Source: Phoronis australis (taxonomy: Eukaryota > Animalia > Phoronida). From it: a stretch of DNA of 64,000 nt. The notes under the pieces were generated by a model. That model was not told the origin of the DNA. It did no database searches and was given only the letters and a program-made list of their open reading frames with translations. The stretch is taken from assembly GCA_002633005.1 (NCBI GenBank), contig NMRA01000296.1:468632-532631 (forward strand), read 5' to 3'. Numbering within the stretch: the first letter of the stretch is position 1; each line of letters starts with the position of its first letter. This document shows, piece after piece, positions 25,238 through 38,849 of this stretch. The translations under genes were made by a program, and so were the position numbers.

Positions 25238-28200
25238 CAGATACATATATATGATATGTATGTATCTGACACTCTCGGTTGTTCTATGAAATAGTGCAGG
25301 AAGATCACAGGGATTTTGATATCACGTTACTTTTGATTACAGAGAATGTCTCTCTCGGTCCGTATGGTCTTTTGCTGTTTACCTTTGAATCAGGGATGGC
25401 GTTACAGCACGTAAATATCGGGCAAGATGCCCTTTTATACCAAATGGGTCAGCTGATGGGCGATATCCACGTACGACTCAAAGTAAGGGTTTTGTTTACG
25501 CTTTGTTTTGAGTTGAACAAAGTGAATGATTAAACGTTCTAATATACATGTACTGTGGCCGTTGTTGGAAAGTATGGAGAAGCGACATGTTTGAAAAACT
25601 GTAGAAAAGTGGTCTTGTGGTTGCAACTGTGACCAGCAGCGACGCCTGATTATGAAAAATAGCGTGTCTCTGCGCATGCGTACATGTACAGTGTACGACG
25701 AATCGTATACAACAATCAGGTCACGTTGAAAGGCTCATTTTAAGGAGCTGTATTAAAATACAGCTAAAAGCTTTGCACTATACTCATGTGTTTACATCTC
25801 AAGTTCACATCAGTCTTTCCCTACGAAAACACATTCAGCTCTGTATCACTGAAATGATCTGATAAGGAATGAACTCGGCATAAAATGAGAATTGTTTTAA
25901 GGAAAGACCAATGATAAATGATGTTTACTAACCTTAAAACACACTGGCTGCTGGTAAATGAAAATGGCTTACGTATTTTCGGATGAACCATTTTCAGAAT
26001 TTTCGACACGATGGCTTGATGGAACACCGCGTGCCTATGTTGTGGCAATTGGAACACTTCTTGGAGTTGGTTAACATACTACATTGTATCGAAGACTCTA
26101 AAAAACGAGCGCTTGTCCTGGACGTTGTAGCTGCATTTATGAAGCAGAAAGAAGCCATCAATCAATTACCGAAAGGTAAAGGTGATAACAAACATAAACT
26201 AATGTCATGACTTTTTCAAGTAAGGGCATTATTCTTCATTTGTGGTTAAATTAGGCCTTCTATTCTAACAAATCGATGTCGTAATAGAAGTAGTCGGGGC
26301 TAGTTCAACCTCGAGGCACGTTTGGAAATTGAGCATGTCTAACACAAAAAGCGGTATGCAACATTTGTGTCGTTTGTCAAAAACAACCCAATGGTGACCG
26401 TCACAGTGAGTTCAAAATAGCTGACTTCTGAAAGAGAACATACGCTTCTTTTTCAATTTTTATACACGTAAAATGCCTTAGATTTCATTAATTTTTTATG
26501 TGTTTACTCAGGTTGAGCAACTTGTTTCAATGGATACAATAATAATTTATATTCGTGAACCCTACAAGGAGCACACGTACGTACACAAACACACACCCAT
26601 GCGCACGCACAAACACACCACTCAATTAACTTTTTCTTCGGATTCTCCTTATAGCTGAAAATACCAATCATTACATGTTATTGGACGAATAGAGAATGAA
26701 ACAGCGAGTCAACTTACAGTTATTTTTGGACTAGAGTTACAACTAGTGTTTGGTCAGACTTATCGTTTTTTGAGCCATTCATGGTTTCGATGTTCTTGTT
26801 GGTAACGGAAATAGAATCTAATCATGATAGGAAATATGAGATTAGAAGGCTTATCGATTTCGTTTTTAACTAAAAAAGCAGGGTGAAATGTTATAGTAAC
26901 ATGCAATGTTGCAGTGAAACGTTCGTTCCTCGTTGATTGGAACAGACAACTGAAAATTTCCACTACCCCTTTAATTCACGGTCGTTAGTTTGCCTTCTTC
27001 AAGAACAGTGCGGGTATTCTTATAGACACACTGCTTTTCTCACGAACAAATATATTTCTCACGAACTGTAGGTTCTTTTTCATTATTTCTGTCAAACATT
27101 TCTTTTCACAAGAGTCACATATTCTTTTCACTGTCTGTTTGAAGTCACAAGTAAGCACGTGTCTATTTTCTAAGGCTCTGTATTAGATGTGGACTATACT
27201 ATAACTGATTATGACCATTTGTTCGTGCAAAATAACATGGTTTCCGTTTAGGGCCACTGCACGCTGACGTGAACGAAACGAATGTTTTGTTCAAGTGTGA
27301 TAGTAATGAATGCTTAAAGATCAGCTGTCTCCTAGACTTTAGCGACTCACACTACGGCGTCTTGGTGTACGATGTCGGTGCGTATTAATGTTAATATTCT
27401 AAGTTTCGCAAACTTTCCTTATACTTCTCCTACTTCGTTCATACTAACCCTATGACGTAGGGAGGATTTTTGGCGAACGGGTGCAACAATACCAAAACCT
27501 AGATATAATGCTTTCTAGTGCCTTACATTACGAACTTTGTCATAATAAATAGTAAAATAAAATCAAATACCAGAAGCGCTTGTTCTAACCTATATTGCGT
27601 CCATTTTGATCCATTTTACCAATTCTGACCATTATGTCCATTTTGACCCATTATGTCTATTTTGACTCTCTTCATGTCCATTTTGAACTATTATAATGTC
27701 CATTTTGAACTATTATAATGTTCATTTTGAACTATTATAATGTCCATTTTCACTCAATATGTCCATTTTAACTTTCTAAGCCCGTTTTGATCCAATGGTT
27801 TGGGTTTAACGATAATTTGTGTCTCACAAATATGATTTATTCTTTGGTAAAGTGGCCTCGTAAAACCTTGGTAGAGTTCACTAAATCTAAGACCTCGCCA
27901 AAAAGACTTTGCGAGATTACACGAGATATTGCCGTGTATTTCAAATAACAGCTCGTGATTTTGCCTAGACTTTTCTCGCCGCGAGACAGCTACTGAAATC
28001 TGCCCTGTTACTTAGATCTTAAACTATAAGCAGGTTTTCCTGTCACGAAAACGAAAAAATTATTTGATCAAAAGCTACTTTATATACACGCACACGCAAA
28101 CGCACACACACACACACATGCATGCGCACTATTCTACTTTACTGATATTCGTTTTTCAGCGGTATCCATTGTGTATGCTATGCTACAATGCCAGTCAATG

Positions 28201-28470
28201 GATTCTCTTGACGTCGGGGTTCACCTGATTGCTGGGTACTTATCCAGGACGGAGCTAGAAGCAACAGAATTTAACAGTATTAGAACACTTGTCGGTGTTC
28301 GATTCGCGATGACCCTGGTTATTGGAGCATACAGAGCGCAAAGAGAAGCAGACAATAAAAACAATCTCCTGGCAACTACTGGGAAGCGTGGTTGGGAAGT
28401 TTTCGAAAACTTTTGGAAAACGTCCGAGAATTCAGTTCAGACAATCTGGAAAAAAGCATTGTGCCTATAA
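22965..28470 (+). CDS. HYKK: Hydroxylysine kinase-like (AGPHD1/APH-family phosphotransferase), copy 1, 373 aa
   Basis: Exons 22965-23211, 24631-24750, 25343-25482, 25998-26175, 27252-27377 and 28160-28470, all GT-AG and phase-consistent (1122 nt). Motifs GYDDVNYHV, YVLKVLN, Brenner motif LHADVNETNVL, LDFSD. An acceptor at 22950-22951 implies an upstream non-coding exon. Confidence 0.9.
25158..25232. repeat. (GT)n microsatellite in kinase copy 1 intron 2
   Basis: gtgtgtgt run is directly visible. Confidence 0.95.
27599..27790 (+). repeat. Degenerate ~20-bp minisatellite (tgtccattttgaactattataa)
   Basis: Repeated tccattttga units; paralogous tract at ~42939-43090. Confidence 0.75.
27870..28004. 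mobile_element. ~135-bp MITE (ggtagagttca...tgaaatctgcc)
   Basis: Short TIRs and a gcgagattacacgaga core. Related copies at 43144-43282 and 46996-47131. Confidence 0.6.
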
Positions 28471-29244
28471 ACTAAACCCTGTGTAGTTGATTTTAACGAA
28501 TGACATTTCTAACAAAAATACTTTTCGGTGAAGGTGATAATTTCAATTTGTCTTGTCTGTTTTATCGTACCTCATGAAAATTGGCGTGACAGTGTAGTGC
28601 ATGCAAGCAGCTAGGTGACTCGACTGCAGCTAGTGTCACCTGCTGCGCTTGTAAAGCTTGGTGATATCTCCCATGCAGGTTGCTAGATCATGTAATAACC
28701 TTGAACTGTTGCGCCATCACACGACAACAAAATGCAAACACTAAACATCCACACGTCACTTACTGGTGGTTGTTTAGTGCAGGAAGTTTTTGAAATACGT
28801 AATTCACTGTATGGGATTTTTAGGGAATTCCCAAAAACATGCGCGCAGACCGTTGCATGGCAACCGAGAGAGCATAGGTGGCGGGGCATTCCAAGGTGGT
28901 TTGGGGGGTTCCTCCAAGAAATTTCAGAGCTTATTCGTGTTAACGTGAATTCAGTTGCTAACCTGTTGCGGAATATGAGTTAAATTTGCATTCTTCTATA
29001 CAGAAATGTTTGTTTACTGTTGCCAGTACATGTCATTAGAACATGAGAACCCATTAAACATTATACACTGTACACGGCTAGTCTGATCGAAATGGATGAG
29101 TTTCCTACAAACAGCTCTCCTCATTAACAGCAATTTCTTAAATAATGATCTTCAACTTTTCACCCTTTCGATGGCGGACATTGCTATTTTTTCCAATACA
29201 AGTTCATATTTTGGTTGTACGGGTCTTTAGTGGTGCATGCGAAA

Positions 29245-29428
29245 ATTGTCACAACGTTCAAACTGTCACAACATCAAAATTGTGACAATTTGGGCCAGCT
29301 CTGCAAGTCAAATTTTTTACTATTTTCACAATAATTTTTGCGTGTGACAGATAATTTTTGCGTGTGACAGTTTGGGCGTGTACTATAGCACAGGTCCCAA
29401 TTGCCACAACGGCCCAAATTGTCACAAT
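29245..29428. repeat. Repeat built from tgtcaca/tgtgaca motifs with inverted symmetry
   Basis: attgtgacaatttgggcc ... ggcccaaattgtcacaat, plus duplicated ataatttttgcgtgtgacag. Confidence 0.55.
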
Positions 29429-30934
29429 AACTTAAGATGTGTCAGGGGAACAATTCTAGCTATAAAGATTGAATGTTTCGCAAGAAAAGACGCACTTTCC
29501 TAATTACAAGATCAAAACAATATTTTGTTTAAAAGTGATATTTGCCTGATGTTGCAGCCGTAGTGGTTCGCGGTGGCCAGATTCAAGCGTGTACATGGCT
29601 TAGACCATTAATGCTGGGTTGCAACACAGTTTCATATGCCAATATCGAGGTATAACAATCTTAACACGGGCGTGCACTTTTTCCGCACCACACAAAAACT
29701 TCACGCACACAACACTAGTTTACCACCGAACCAGAAGTCCACTCTTATCACGGACGATTTCCAATCCTTGTTACCGATGAGCACGACTCAGCTTCTACCG
29801 CTCAACCTCCTCTGACGGATCAATTAAAACTGCCTCATTTGTTTCCGGTACGAGTTTCAGTGTATGTGTGCAACCTTTTTCTATCATTTCAGCTTCATTA
29901 TGAGCTCCTACACATGACTAACGACATTATCTAATAATATAACTCAAAACTGAGTACTGAGATCAGTGATGATAACCAGGGATTTCATTACGGGCGTTGC
30001 ATGAAAATATCCGTTTTTATTTTCCAGCATATTGAGAATTCAACGCAGAGTTCATTTTCGATTTGCAACTAAAACAATACCAATGATTGTTAAGTTCGAC
30101 TCAACAGACTAGGGACAAAGTATTTAAGTAGAAAATGTTGTTGAAGGGATCCAGTTGTTTCCTGCTTGAAGATCTCACCCAGCAAAACTATACCCTGCTT
30201 AGAAGGGCATATGCAGACCCAAGAGTGTCTGGCAGTTGGTCGAGTGATGGTTGCATTTTTGTTCACATGTCTGATGGAACAATCAAAGCCATTTAAAATT
30301 ATGAGCGACATAAAATGTATCTTGCGTTCAGGCCAAGGGGATAGCTAGCCGTCAAGTTATGACGCGAGGACGATCTTGAAGTCATGGTTTTTGTGACTCT
30401 CAGTGACTTTTGTTTGACGTGTTTTTCGTTTGTGTGCATGAGTGAGTGATTGTGATGTTTATTTTACTTTTTCCTCGAACCCACTTGGTTCCTTTACTAC
30501 TCATAGTCTGATAGTTCTACTTCTTTGTTGTGCATAAGTAGAAACTTCCAGTTACATGACAATGGGTAGCTTAAATCTGTTCTAGCTTACTGTAAAATAC
30601 AATTGAATGCAAGACGATTAGTTTACGCCGGCAATTAGATATTTAAGGCAGAGGTGGATTGTGCGAGTAGCACAGACGAGAACCTTCGACCAACACTTAC
30701 CCACCAAGGATTTTCTTTATGCGCTTATTCAGCGCACAGAACTGGTTATTCAACGCTTGTTTTTAATCAGTGCGCGTACGACTGCTTTATTTCAACAGGA
30801 GGACTGAATTATGTTCATATCAATGGTAACAGGCGGCTTCATGCAGGAAGGCTTCCCAAATTCCTAGTGAAAACAGTAAGAGTCTCCAATTGAACTATTG
30901 GGGTTAGTAGGTGCCTCAAGAGAATTAGCAGAGG

Positions 30935-31287
30935 TACCATAGAATCATACGTACGAGCATCGCATCTCGAACCTATTAATCACGCATACGATCCAAAAAT
31001 CACGCATATGAACAAAAATCATGCACACGATCAAAGAATGACATACAAACACAAATTATACGCACGAGCATCCGAATCATACGCATGCAAGAACCACCAA
31101 ACGATAGTCTTCGTACGTGTGAGAGTCGTACTAATGTGTGATTTTTGTGGTTCTTGCGCATGATTTTTGTTTGTGTGCGTGATTTTTTGGGTTCGTATGT
31201 ATGATTCATGGGCTCGTATGCATGATTCATAAGTTCGTAAGTGGTTCGTGCATAAAATGCGATGCTCGTGCGTATGATTCTATGGTA
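30935..31287. mobile_element. Palindromic MITE, paralog of 19008-19329
   Basis: taccatagaatcatacgtacgagcatcgca ... tgcgatgctcgtgcgtatgattctatggta, with the same flanks as the first copy. Confidence 0.8.
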
Positions 31288-32047
31288 ACCCCTGACTAGG
31301 GTTATAATCAAAGAGCGCTATTAGGACCGTCAAGTCAAGAAGCGGACATAACTGAACTTATGTGATGTTTCTGAAGTTCAATGAGTGTCACCCTTCAGCA
31401 AAAGTAAAAATAACATAATATTTCACGCGTGTGATTTGTAACTGACTTTTTCCTCTCAAACTAAATAGCACCTTCTTTAACCAATACGGTAATTCAGACG
31501 CAGGAGACACAGGCCGCCATTCAAGGGTCCCCAGGGGTCCGAGTCCCCTTAAGGACTCGACCAAAAATGTTGGCATGTTTCTGAGGTTTACGCGGACACT
31601 TTTTCTTCCTGGAGAGTTTCGGTACCCTCCCTACGACAGCGACTCTAGATCCGCCGGTGTCAGAATGAAACCACTCACAGAATGTGTATTAGTGCAAGAA
31701 ACTCAGGTATCTAATTGCTAATGATGGCTTCTTTAACTCCTCTTACTCAAACTATGCTCATCACCGCAGTGCCGTTTCTGTTTTTAGGACACCATTGAAG
31801 CAGCCTTTGTTTTCTGCCAATATCCATTTTTGATTTTGACCACTCACTCACCATTGGCACGGAACGAGATGATCGGGTGCAATTTATCCTACCTCAGAAA
31901 ATTCACCAGAGTTGCAGTTAATTTACATGTATGCCGCGTCAATGGGGCTATTCGGAGAATTATCCTCGCGGTGTCGCTGCTGTACTAGTGGTGATTGAAT
32001 TGCGCATGCGTCGCTGTCTGCATGTAAACAGCTGGTAAAAAGACGGA

Positions 32048-32211
32048 TTGTTATCAAAATACGTCGCGCAAAGCCTTTATTGCTATTTTCCCTGGTGCAA
32101 GTCTTCGACAGGTGGTCACAAATTACCAAAAGACCTAAGGTTACTACATTCGTGGAGCAATGCGGTCAAAAGAGTCAACCAACTGAGAAAAAGTGTGTGG
32201 ATGCCGAAGCC
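32048..32211 (+). pseudogene. THAP zinc-finger domain remnant (probably DNA-transposon derived)
   Basis: YCYFPWC..GHKLPKD...WSNAVKR...WMPK matches the THAP pattern CxxPxC..HxFPKD..WxxxxxR..WxP. The terminal CxxHF is missing. Confidence 0.55.
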
Positions 32212-32818
32212 CCTTTGGGAGACTACACTTGTACATAAGGTTACTTGGTAAGTTTCTAGCAATCAAGTTTCTATCGACATCGTTCGGTGATGTTATCCCC
32301 ACCAGTTACCCCACTTAATAACGGGTTTATTGAATGGAACTAAGTGTTTCTTTTCGGAAACTCGCCCATGACTCGGATGCCGGGTAGGCTACCAGCACAT
32401 ACTCACATATTGTCCTCCAAGGGTGGGAATGCGCCCAATATAAGAGGCGTGTGGTACGTGACGCTCAGAAGTCAGGGGTGCCTTTTTCACAGCAGTTTCT
32501 CTTCAAAGCTATGCTATGTCCAATAAAATTCTCTGGACGAGTGAGTTTCCTTATTTCATAGCGGACCCCACCCCCAGGACTACCAGATTATTTACCGAAT
32601 TAACGTGAATAAGCTATTCAGTAAACGTCAAAACATTGCTTTGGAATAAAAATTGACACCTAGAATGAATTTTACTTGTTGAGGTCAGATGCTCATTTTA
32701 GGTGTCGTGAAAAATACACATTATTAAATCACTTTTAGCCTGTTTCACATAGTTTAATTCAGATCCTAAATAAGACTTAGGTACAAAGATTCAGTTTCTA
32801 CATATAAACATGAAGATG

Positions 32819-35800
32819 AAACGTCAAGTATGTTCTGCCTTACTAAAATAGTTTAGTCTTGTATTTTCTTTTATAATTTGGTAATATTTCTCTGACTATT
32901 CTGTTACAGGTTAGAGAAAACGACTGAAGCCAGCCGCCTGACCATCTATTTTACCTTTGGACAAAGTGAAAAGTAATCCTTCAGCAATAACCTGAGAGAA
33001 TTGAACCTAATTCAGAAATTCAACCTTTGATATGCCTGATTATGGACTCCATTGCGTGGGAAAATTACAATTTTTTTAACAATGTTGTTTCTTTATATAC
33101 TTTTCTTGCAGGTGGAATTTTTGTTGCGGACAAGTTATCACGAAACTTAAAATTGTTCAAAGGCCTTCTTAAGAAAGCTCTAAAAATAATTACACACACA
33201 AACAAATCAAATGCAAACAAAGGGAATACTTCATTTTGATCGCTGCACATTTCTAGAGGTCAATAGGAAGACGACAATTCGCAAGCGTAATCGCTAGTCA
33301 TTTCAGCTTTATAAAGAATAAGCACAACTGCAATTTATGGGGCTTTAAAACTGAGGAAATATTGTGGTTTCAATAATTAGTGAAAAACTTGCCTGGTGAT
33401 GAAAAATTTATTTGATCATCAAAGTGTAACATTAACGGGCTTTCTACTGACAATAAGACAATCGATGCAGTCGTTGAATGTCATTTCCCCATAATGTGTA
33501 CCAAATTGCACCATGCAGCACTTATGTTGTGTGGAAATGCTGTAGGAAGAGAAAGGAGTAACAAAGCTTGTTCGTTGTCTCCGATGAAGAAAGTAGGCTT
33601 CAACAACAGATGTACACTGGATGGAAAGATCTTGATGGTTAGCTGCAGTCAACTGCTTAAAACCAATTTTTGTCTATTCAGGGTCGATGCAGAAGCGATG
33701 CATATCTCTTCTGCACGGTACAAGCCCTCAAACCTAAAAACCAAAGGTCACGTGAAAACAGACATTATAGAATTTCATTTGAACGTGTAATAAATTTCCG
33801 GAAGACTTAGGATAGCGAGTAAACAAATAGTCTAATGGATATTTACGTACCCTTTGCCATGGCATTGGGCTTGGATTGTAATCTCACTAACCCATATCGA
33901 GTTAAACATTCAGCATTCATTGATGTAACTTTCACTGATAAACCTGTTTGAAATCATTCCAAACAATAATACGGCTTTGATGTACGAAAAGATCTCGAGT
34001 GCTACGTCAAGTATCGTAACACGCATCACAACAAAGATTAACCCGACTGGCGACTGTCGCGAAGTCGACATCGACGAGTATCTCAGTTAACAGGCAACAG
34101 TAGAATAAACATGGAATAATCGTTAAAATAATCACAAACCTTACCTTTGTATAAGGTGGTGCTTACTTTCTCTCATAGAAGCACCATTTTCACGCAATCT
34201 CAGATTCAGTTTGCACACCTACAAGCCATTTCACCATGTATTTAAAGGGCTCGCGAAATCGAGGCTGTTAATCTATCACCACTAGTACACGCGCGCCCTC
34301 TAGTTAATGTAAATTTTCCGAATGGCCCCATTGTTTGTACACACATGCTTACCAAGTCTTTGTACTTACTCCCGTAATCCTCTCGCCCCGTGTCAACGAG
34401 TGTTGCCACAAAAGAAAATATATACAGAGTACTGGTAAAGGGCAGAAGACTTGGACGCCTGTAGTTGGACATATAGAGGCGAAAAAAGGTATGCTTCATT
34501 CTGGTAGTAAGAGTCTATGTTGATTAATTGAAATTAATACGATTTGTGATGATCTTCTTCGACNAAACGTCAAGTATGTTCTGCCTTACTAAAACAGTTT
34601 AGTCTTGTGTTTTCTTTTATAATTTGGTAATATTTCTCTGACTATTCTGTTACAGGTTAGAGAAAACGACTGAAGCCAGCCGCCTGACCATCTATTTTAC
34701 CTTTGGACAAAGTAAAAAGTAATCCTTCAGCAATAACCTGAGAGAATTGAACCTAATTCAGAAATTCAGCCTTTGATATTTCTATAAATGTATTTGTATT
34801 GAAGGCCTCTGATCAGAGGCCTTTGATATGCCTGATTATGGACTCCATTGCGTGGGAAAATTACAATTGTTTTTAACAATGTTGTTTCTTTATATACTTT
34901 TCTTGCATGTGGAATTTTTGTTGTGGACAAGTTATCACGAAACTTAAAATTGTTCAAAGGCCTTCTTAAGAAAGCTCTAAAAATAATTACACACACAAAC
35001 AAATCAAATGCAAACAAAGGGAATACTTCATTTTGATTGCTGCACATTTCTAGAGGTCAATAGGAAGACGACAATTCGCAAGCGTAATCGCTAGTGATTT
35101 CAGCTTTATAAAGAATAAGCACAACTGCAATTTATGGGGCTTTAAAACTGAGGAAATATTGTTGTTTCAATAATTAGTGTCAAACTTGCCTGTTGATGAA
35201 AAATTTATTTGATCATCAAAGTGTAACATTAACGGGCTTTCTTCTGACAGACAATCGATGCAGTCGCTGATTGTCATTTCCCCGTAATGTGTACCAAATT
35301 GCACCATGCAGCACTAATGGTGTGTGGAAATGCTGTAGGAAGAGAAAGGAGTAACAAAGCTTGTTCGTTGTCTCCGATGAAGAAAGTAGGCTTCAACAAC
35401 AGATGTACACTGGATGGAAAGATCTTGCTGGTTAGCTGCAGTCAACTGCTTAAAACCAATTTTTGTCCATTCAGGGTCGATGCAGAAGCGATGCATATCT
35501 CCTCTGCACGGTACAAGCCCTCAAACCTAAAAACCAAAGGTCACGTGAAAACAGACATTATAGAATTTCATTTGAACGTGTAATAAATTTCCGGAAGACA
35601 TAGGATAGCGAGTAAACAAATAGTCTAATGGATATTTACGTACCCTTTGCCATGGCATTGGGCTTGGATTGTAATCTCACTAACCCATATCGAGTTAAAC
35701 ATTCAGCATTCATTGATGTAACTTTCACTGATAAACCTGTTTGAAATCATTCCAAACAATAATACGGCTTTGATGTACGAAAAGATCTCGAGTGCTACGT

Positions 35801-36348
35801 CAAGTATCGTAACACGCATCACAACAAAGATTAACCCGACTGGCGACTGTCGCGAAGTCGACATCGACGAGTATCTCAGTTAACAGGCAACAGTAGAATA
35901 AACATGGAATAATCGTTAAAATAATCACAAACCTTACCTTTGTATAAGGTGGTGCTTACTTTCTCTCATAGAAGCACCATTTTCACGCAATCTCAGATTC
36001 AGTTTGCACACCTACAAGCCATTTCACCATGTATTTAAAGGGCTCGCGAAATCGAGGCTGTTAATCTATCACCACTAGTACACGCGCGCCCTCTAGTTAA
36101 TGTAAATTTTCCGAATGGCCCCATTGTTTGTACACACATGCTTACCAAGTCTTTGTACTTACTCCCGTAATCCTCTCGCCCCGTGTCAACGAGTGTTGCC
36201 ACAAAAGAAAATATATACAGAGTACTGGTAAAGGGCAGAAGACTTGGACGCCTGTAGTTGGACATATAGAGGCGAAAAAAGGTATGCTTCAATCTGGTAG
36301 TAAGAGTCTACGTTGAAATTAATACGATTTGTGATGATCTTCTTCGAC
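32819..36348 (+). repeat. Near-identical ~1.75-kb tandem duplication (32819-34563 / 34565-36348) joined by an N; probable haplotype assembly artefact
   Basis: Both copies run aaacgtcaagtatg...gatcttcttcgac. A single N sits exactly at the junction (34564). Differences are scattered SNPs and small indels. Confidence 0.85.
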
Positions 36349-38849
36349 GTCTTTCTGTAGGCACCAGTCAGGTTAAAGTGTGTTGAAAGAAAAATATCCT
36401 GTTGGAATACGCAAGAAAATAAATGACAATGCATCTTACCCCGGTTGCATGAAAACCCAAATAGGGACTCAGCTAAGTTCCCTAAATGTACTGCGTGTTT
36501 TTGGACATCGAATGCCCTTTCTTGCATTGTTTTAGTTTCATTACCACTTTTGACTTATATACAAATCCGGCCAGAGTGAACTCTATGCTGATTTGTCCAA
36601 TTGAAGGACTAAGTCCCTTTTTATTTTCAATGAACTCTGGGCTCAGTTTTTAGTTATATTATTAGAAAATGTCATTAATCAAAGAGGAGCTCATAATAAA
36701 GATGGAATGAACTCGACCCACTTGCACGAGAAATGCCGCAGAGCAATGAGCTATACCTGGTATAGCTCATTGGTCTGCGGCGCAGACATATGTGAGCCGC
36801 ACCCAACTGAACCAAGGTGTGACCAATAAAGGTCACACAATAAATCTGGATCACTCGTCCATTATAGAATGAGCACGGTCTGAACACAATACCATCCCAG
36901 CACAGGATGAATAGACCATAGCTCATTGGGCTGCTATATTACGAATGAGACAGAATAGCAGTATTAAGGCAGTAAAATAGCTTGCTCTTCTGTAAAATGA
37001 CAAGAATTGCAGTACTGAGACAGCAGAATAGCACAGTATTTTGCTATTCTAAGAAACGTCAGTACCAAGACAATAGAATGGCGTACTTTTCTGCTATTCC
37101 GTTCTAGTGAAAAGAATAGCTGTCACATTTCAATAAAGAATCTGATCTTGAATTTTGAAATTTTGGACATAGTGAACCACTCTTATGGTTCAACTCTCAT
37201 TCAACACAGTGGTGTAATACTACAATGGCGGGTTAAGGTTCCTCGAGGATAGTTATCAAAAAGTCAGGGTCCTAATCGTTACAATTCCAATCCTCCTTTC
37301 ACCGCAATTTCTGAACTATTCCCTTCTCTCGCCAAAAGTTTCGAGGGCTCTTGTGGCGAAGAGACCGGGCCCAACTTTAAATCCCCTGTGATAGCCCCAA
37401 TTGTCCAGCAGCTCCCCCAGTCGCCACAACTTTCAAGGCGCAACTGACAGCACTCTAATTTCGTGCGAGACCTTAAACTGCAGCCTTTTTAGTTTTATAT
37501 TCAAGGCCGTGTAGTTGAGTCGGAAAATCACGGCCCGTCGTGCAGCCCCGGACATCAACTTCTAAGTGGCTTTCTTAAGGGAAACGTGGTGGGAAAAATG
37601 AAAGTGATGTTAACAAGCCGGAAAAAATGTCTCACGTATGTTTTTCATGCAATTTAGGGCGGTCATTACCGAATTTTATTATATTTGCGATATCTCATGT
37701 TGAAAAAGTAAGTGTTTATACCCAGGTCTTGAGGGTCAGGATTTGTGACTAACTCATTTGCAAATTAATCCCTTGTTTTTTTATCATAGTAAACAAAACG
37801 CTAGCATTCTTTAAATTCGTCTGGGAAGATCACAAAAGTGCATAGAAGACAATAAAAACACTAAAAGCACAAGTTTACATAAGTCCTAGCGAAACTTTCG
37901 TCATATAACTGGTCATTTTCCCTTTCACCCTCTTCACAAACATCGTGAGATCAATGACCGAGTTTGGTAAGATAGCGGAATATAAACACATTGGATCTAA
38001 CAGTCCTTCATCTCTCATCCTCTGAGTTTCTTTGTCATAAGCGTTTGACTGCATGCGCTTGTATGCCAGAAATTCACCATCACGCCTGTTTAAGACTTAC
38101 GACAATACGGTGATTTGTCTCATTTAATGTATGACTTTGGTGCAGTCAAGGATGGGAAGAGTAGGACACAATCAATTTTAGATTTGTGAATGTCAGAGAC
38201 CATCCTTCCTGCCACTGGCACGAACATTTTGGTTGTTGTAGATTTCGGTGGGTTTCCGATTACGGATCAAAGAGAATAAGGGGCAAGACTTAGAATATTA
38301 CAAATATGTTGATAACAGTGAACTGCCTCCTCACCACTGCGGCGAAACATTTTGTCATCTTACTAACAACCGTTTTTGCCTTTTCCCTTCAAATTTCAAT
38401 CTTCCTGCAATTTGGAAAGTGATGTACGGGGTTGCACGGAGACGTACCTTTTCCCGACTGGAGTAATGTACTGAAGTAGGCCTACGTACTTGCTTTTATG
38501 GTATTTTTTCGGCCATTGGATTTTGAGCACTGGCCAACGCGGTTTAGGTCCGGCCAGCCAGTTTTTTTTTTTGCTGCGGCCATCTGGTTTTGTGGTACTT
38601 GACATGGTGTTTTGAAGTCCGACCACCAAGTTAGAGCACCAGCCATATTGCGTTTTGCAGTCCAGCCAGATGGTTTTGAAGTCCGGGCATGTGGGTTTGA
38701 GGTCTCCCCCTTCAACTTTAACGTCGATGTCTTGCCAGGATGACAACAATGATGATTGCTCTAACAATCTAATCAAATGTATACACAGACTGGGTTCAGA
38801 AAAGCACAAATTATTCAGGCGTGTGCTTTCTCGTTTTAGGTGCAAAACC

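Larger units (their letters stand above)
18039..28930 (+). repeat. Segmental duplication unit, copy 1 (paralogous to ~30578-45060)
   Basis: Collinear shared blocks: 18039-18170 ~ 30578-30700; 18770-19530 ~ 30710-31480; 21124-28930 ~ 37145-45060, including the whole kinase gene. Confidence 0.8.

Noticed and set aside
33494-36316. Duplicated 98-aa, 85-aa and 62-aa ORFs as conserved genes
   Set aside because: They are identical only because of the probable haplotype duplication; no motifs or splice support.
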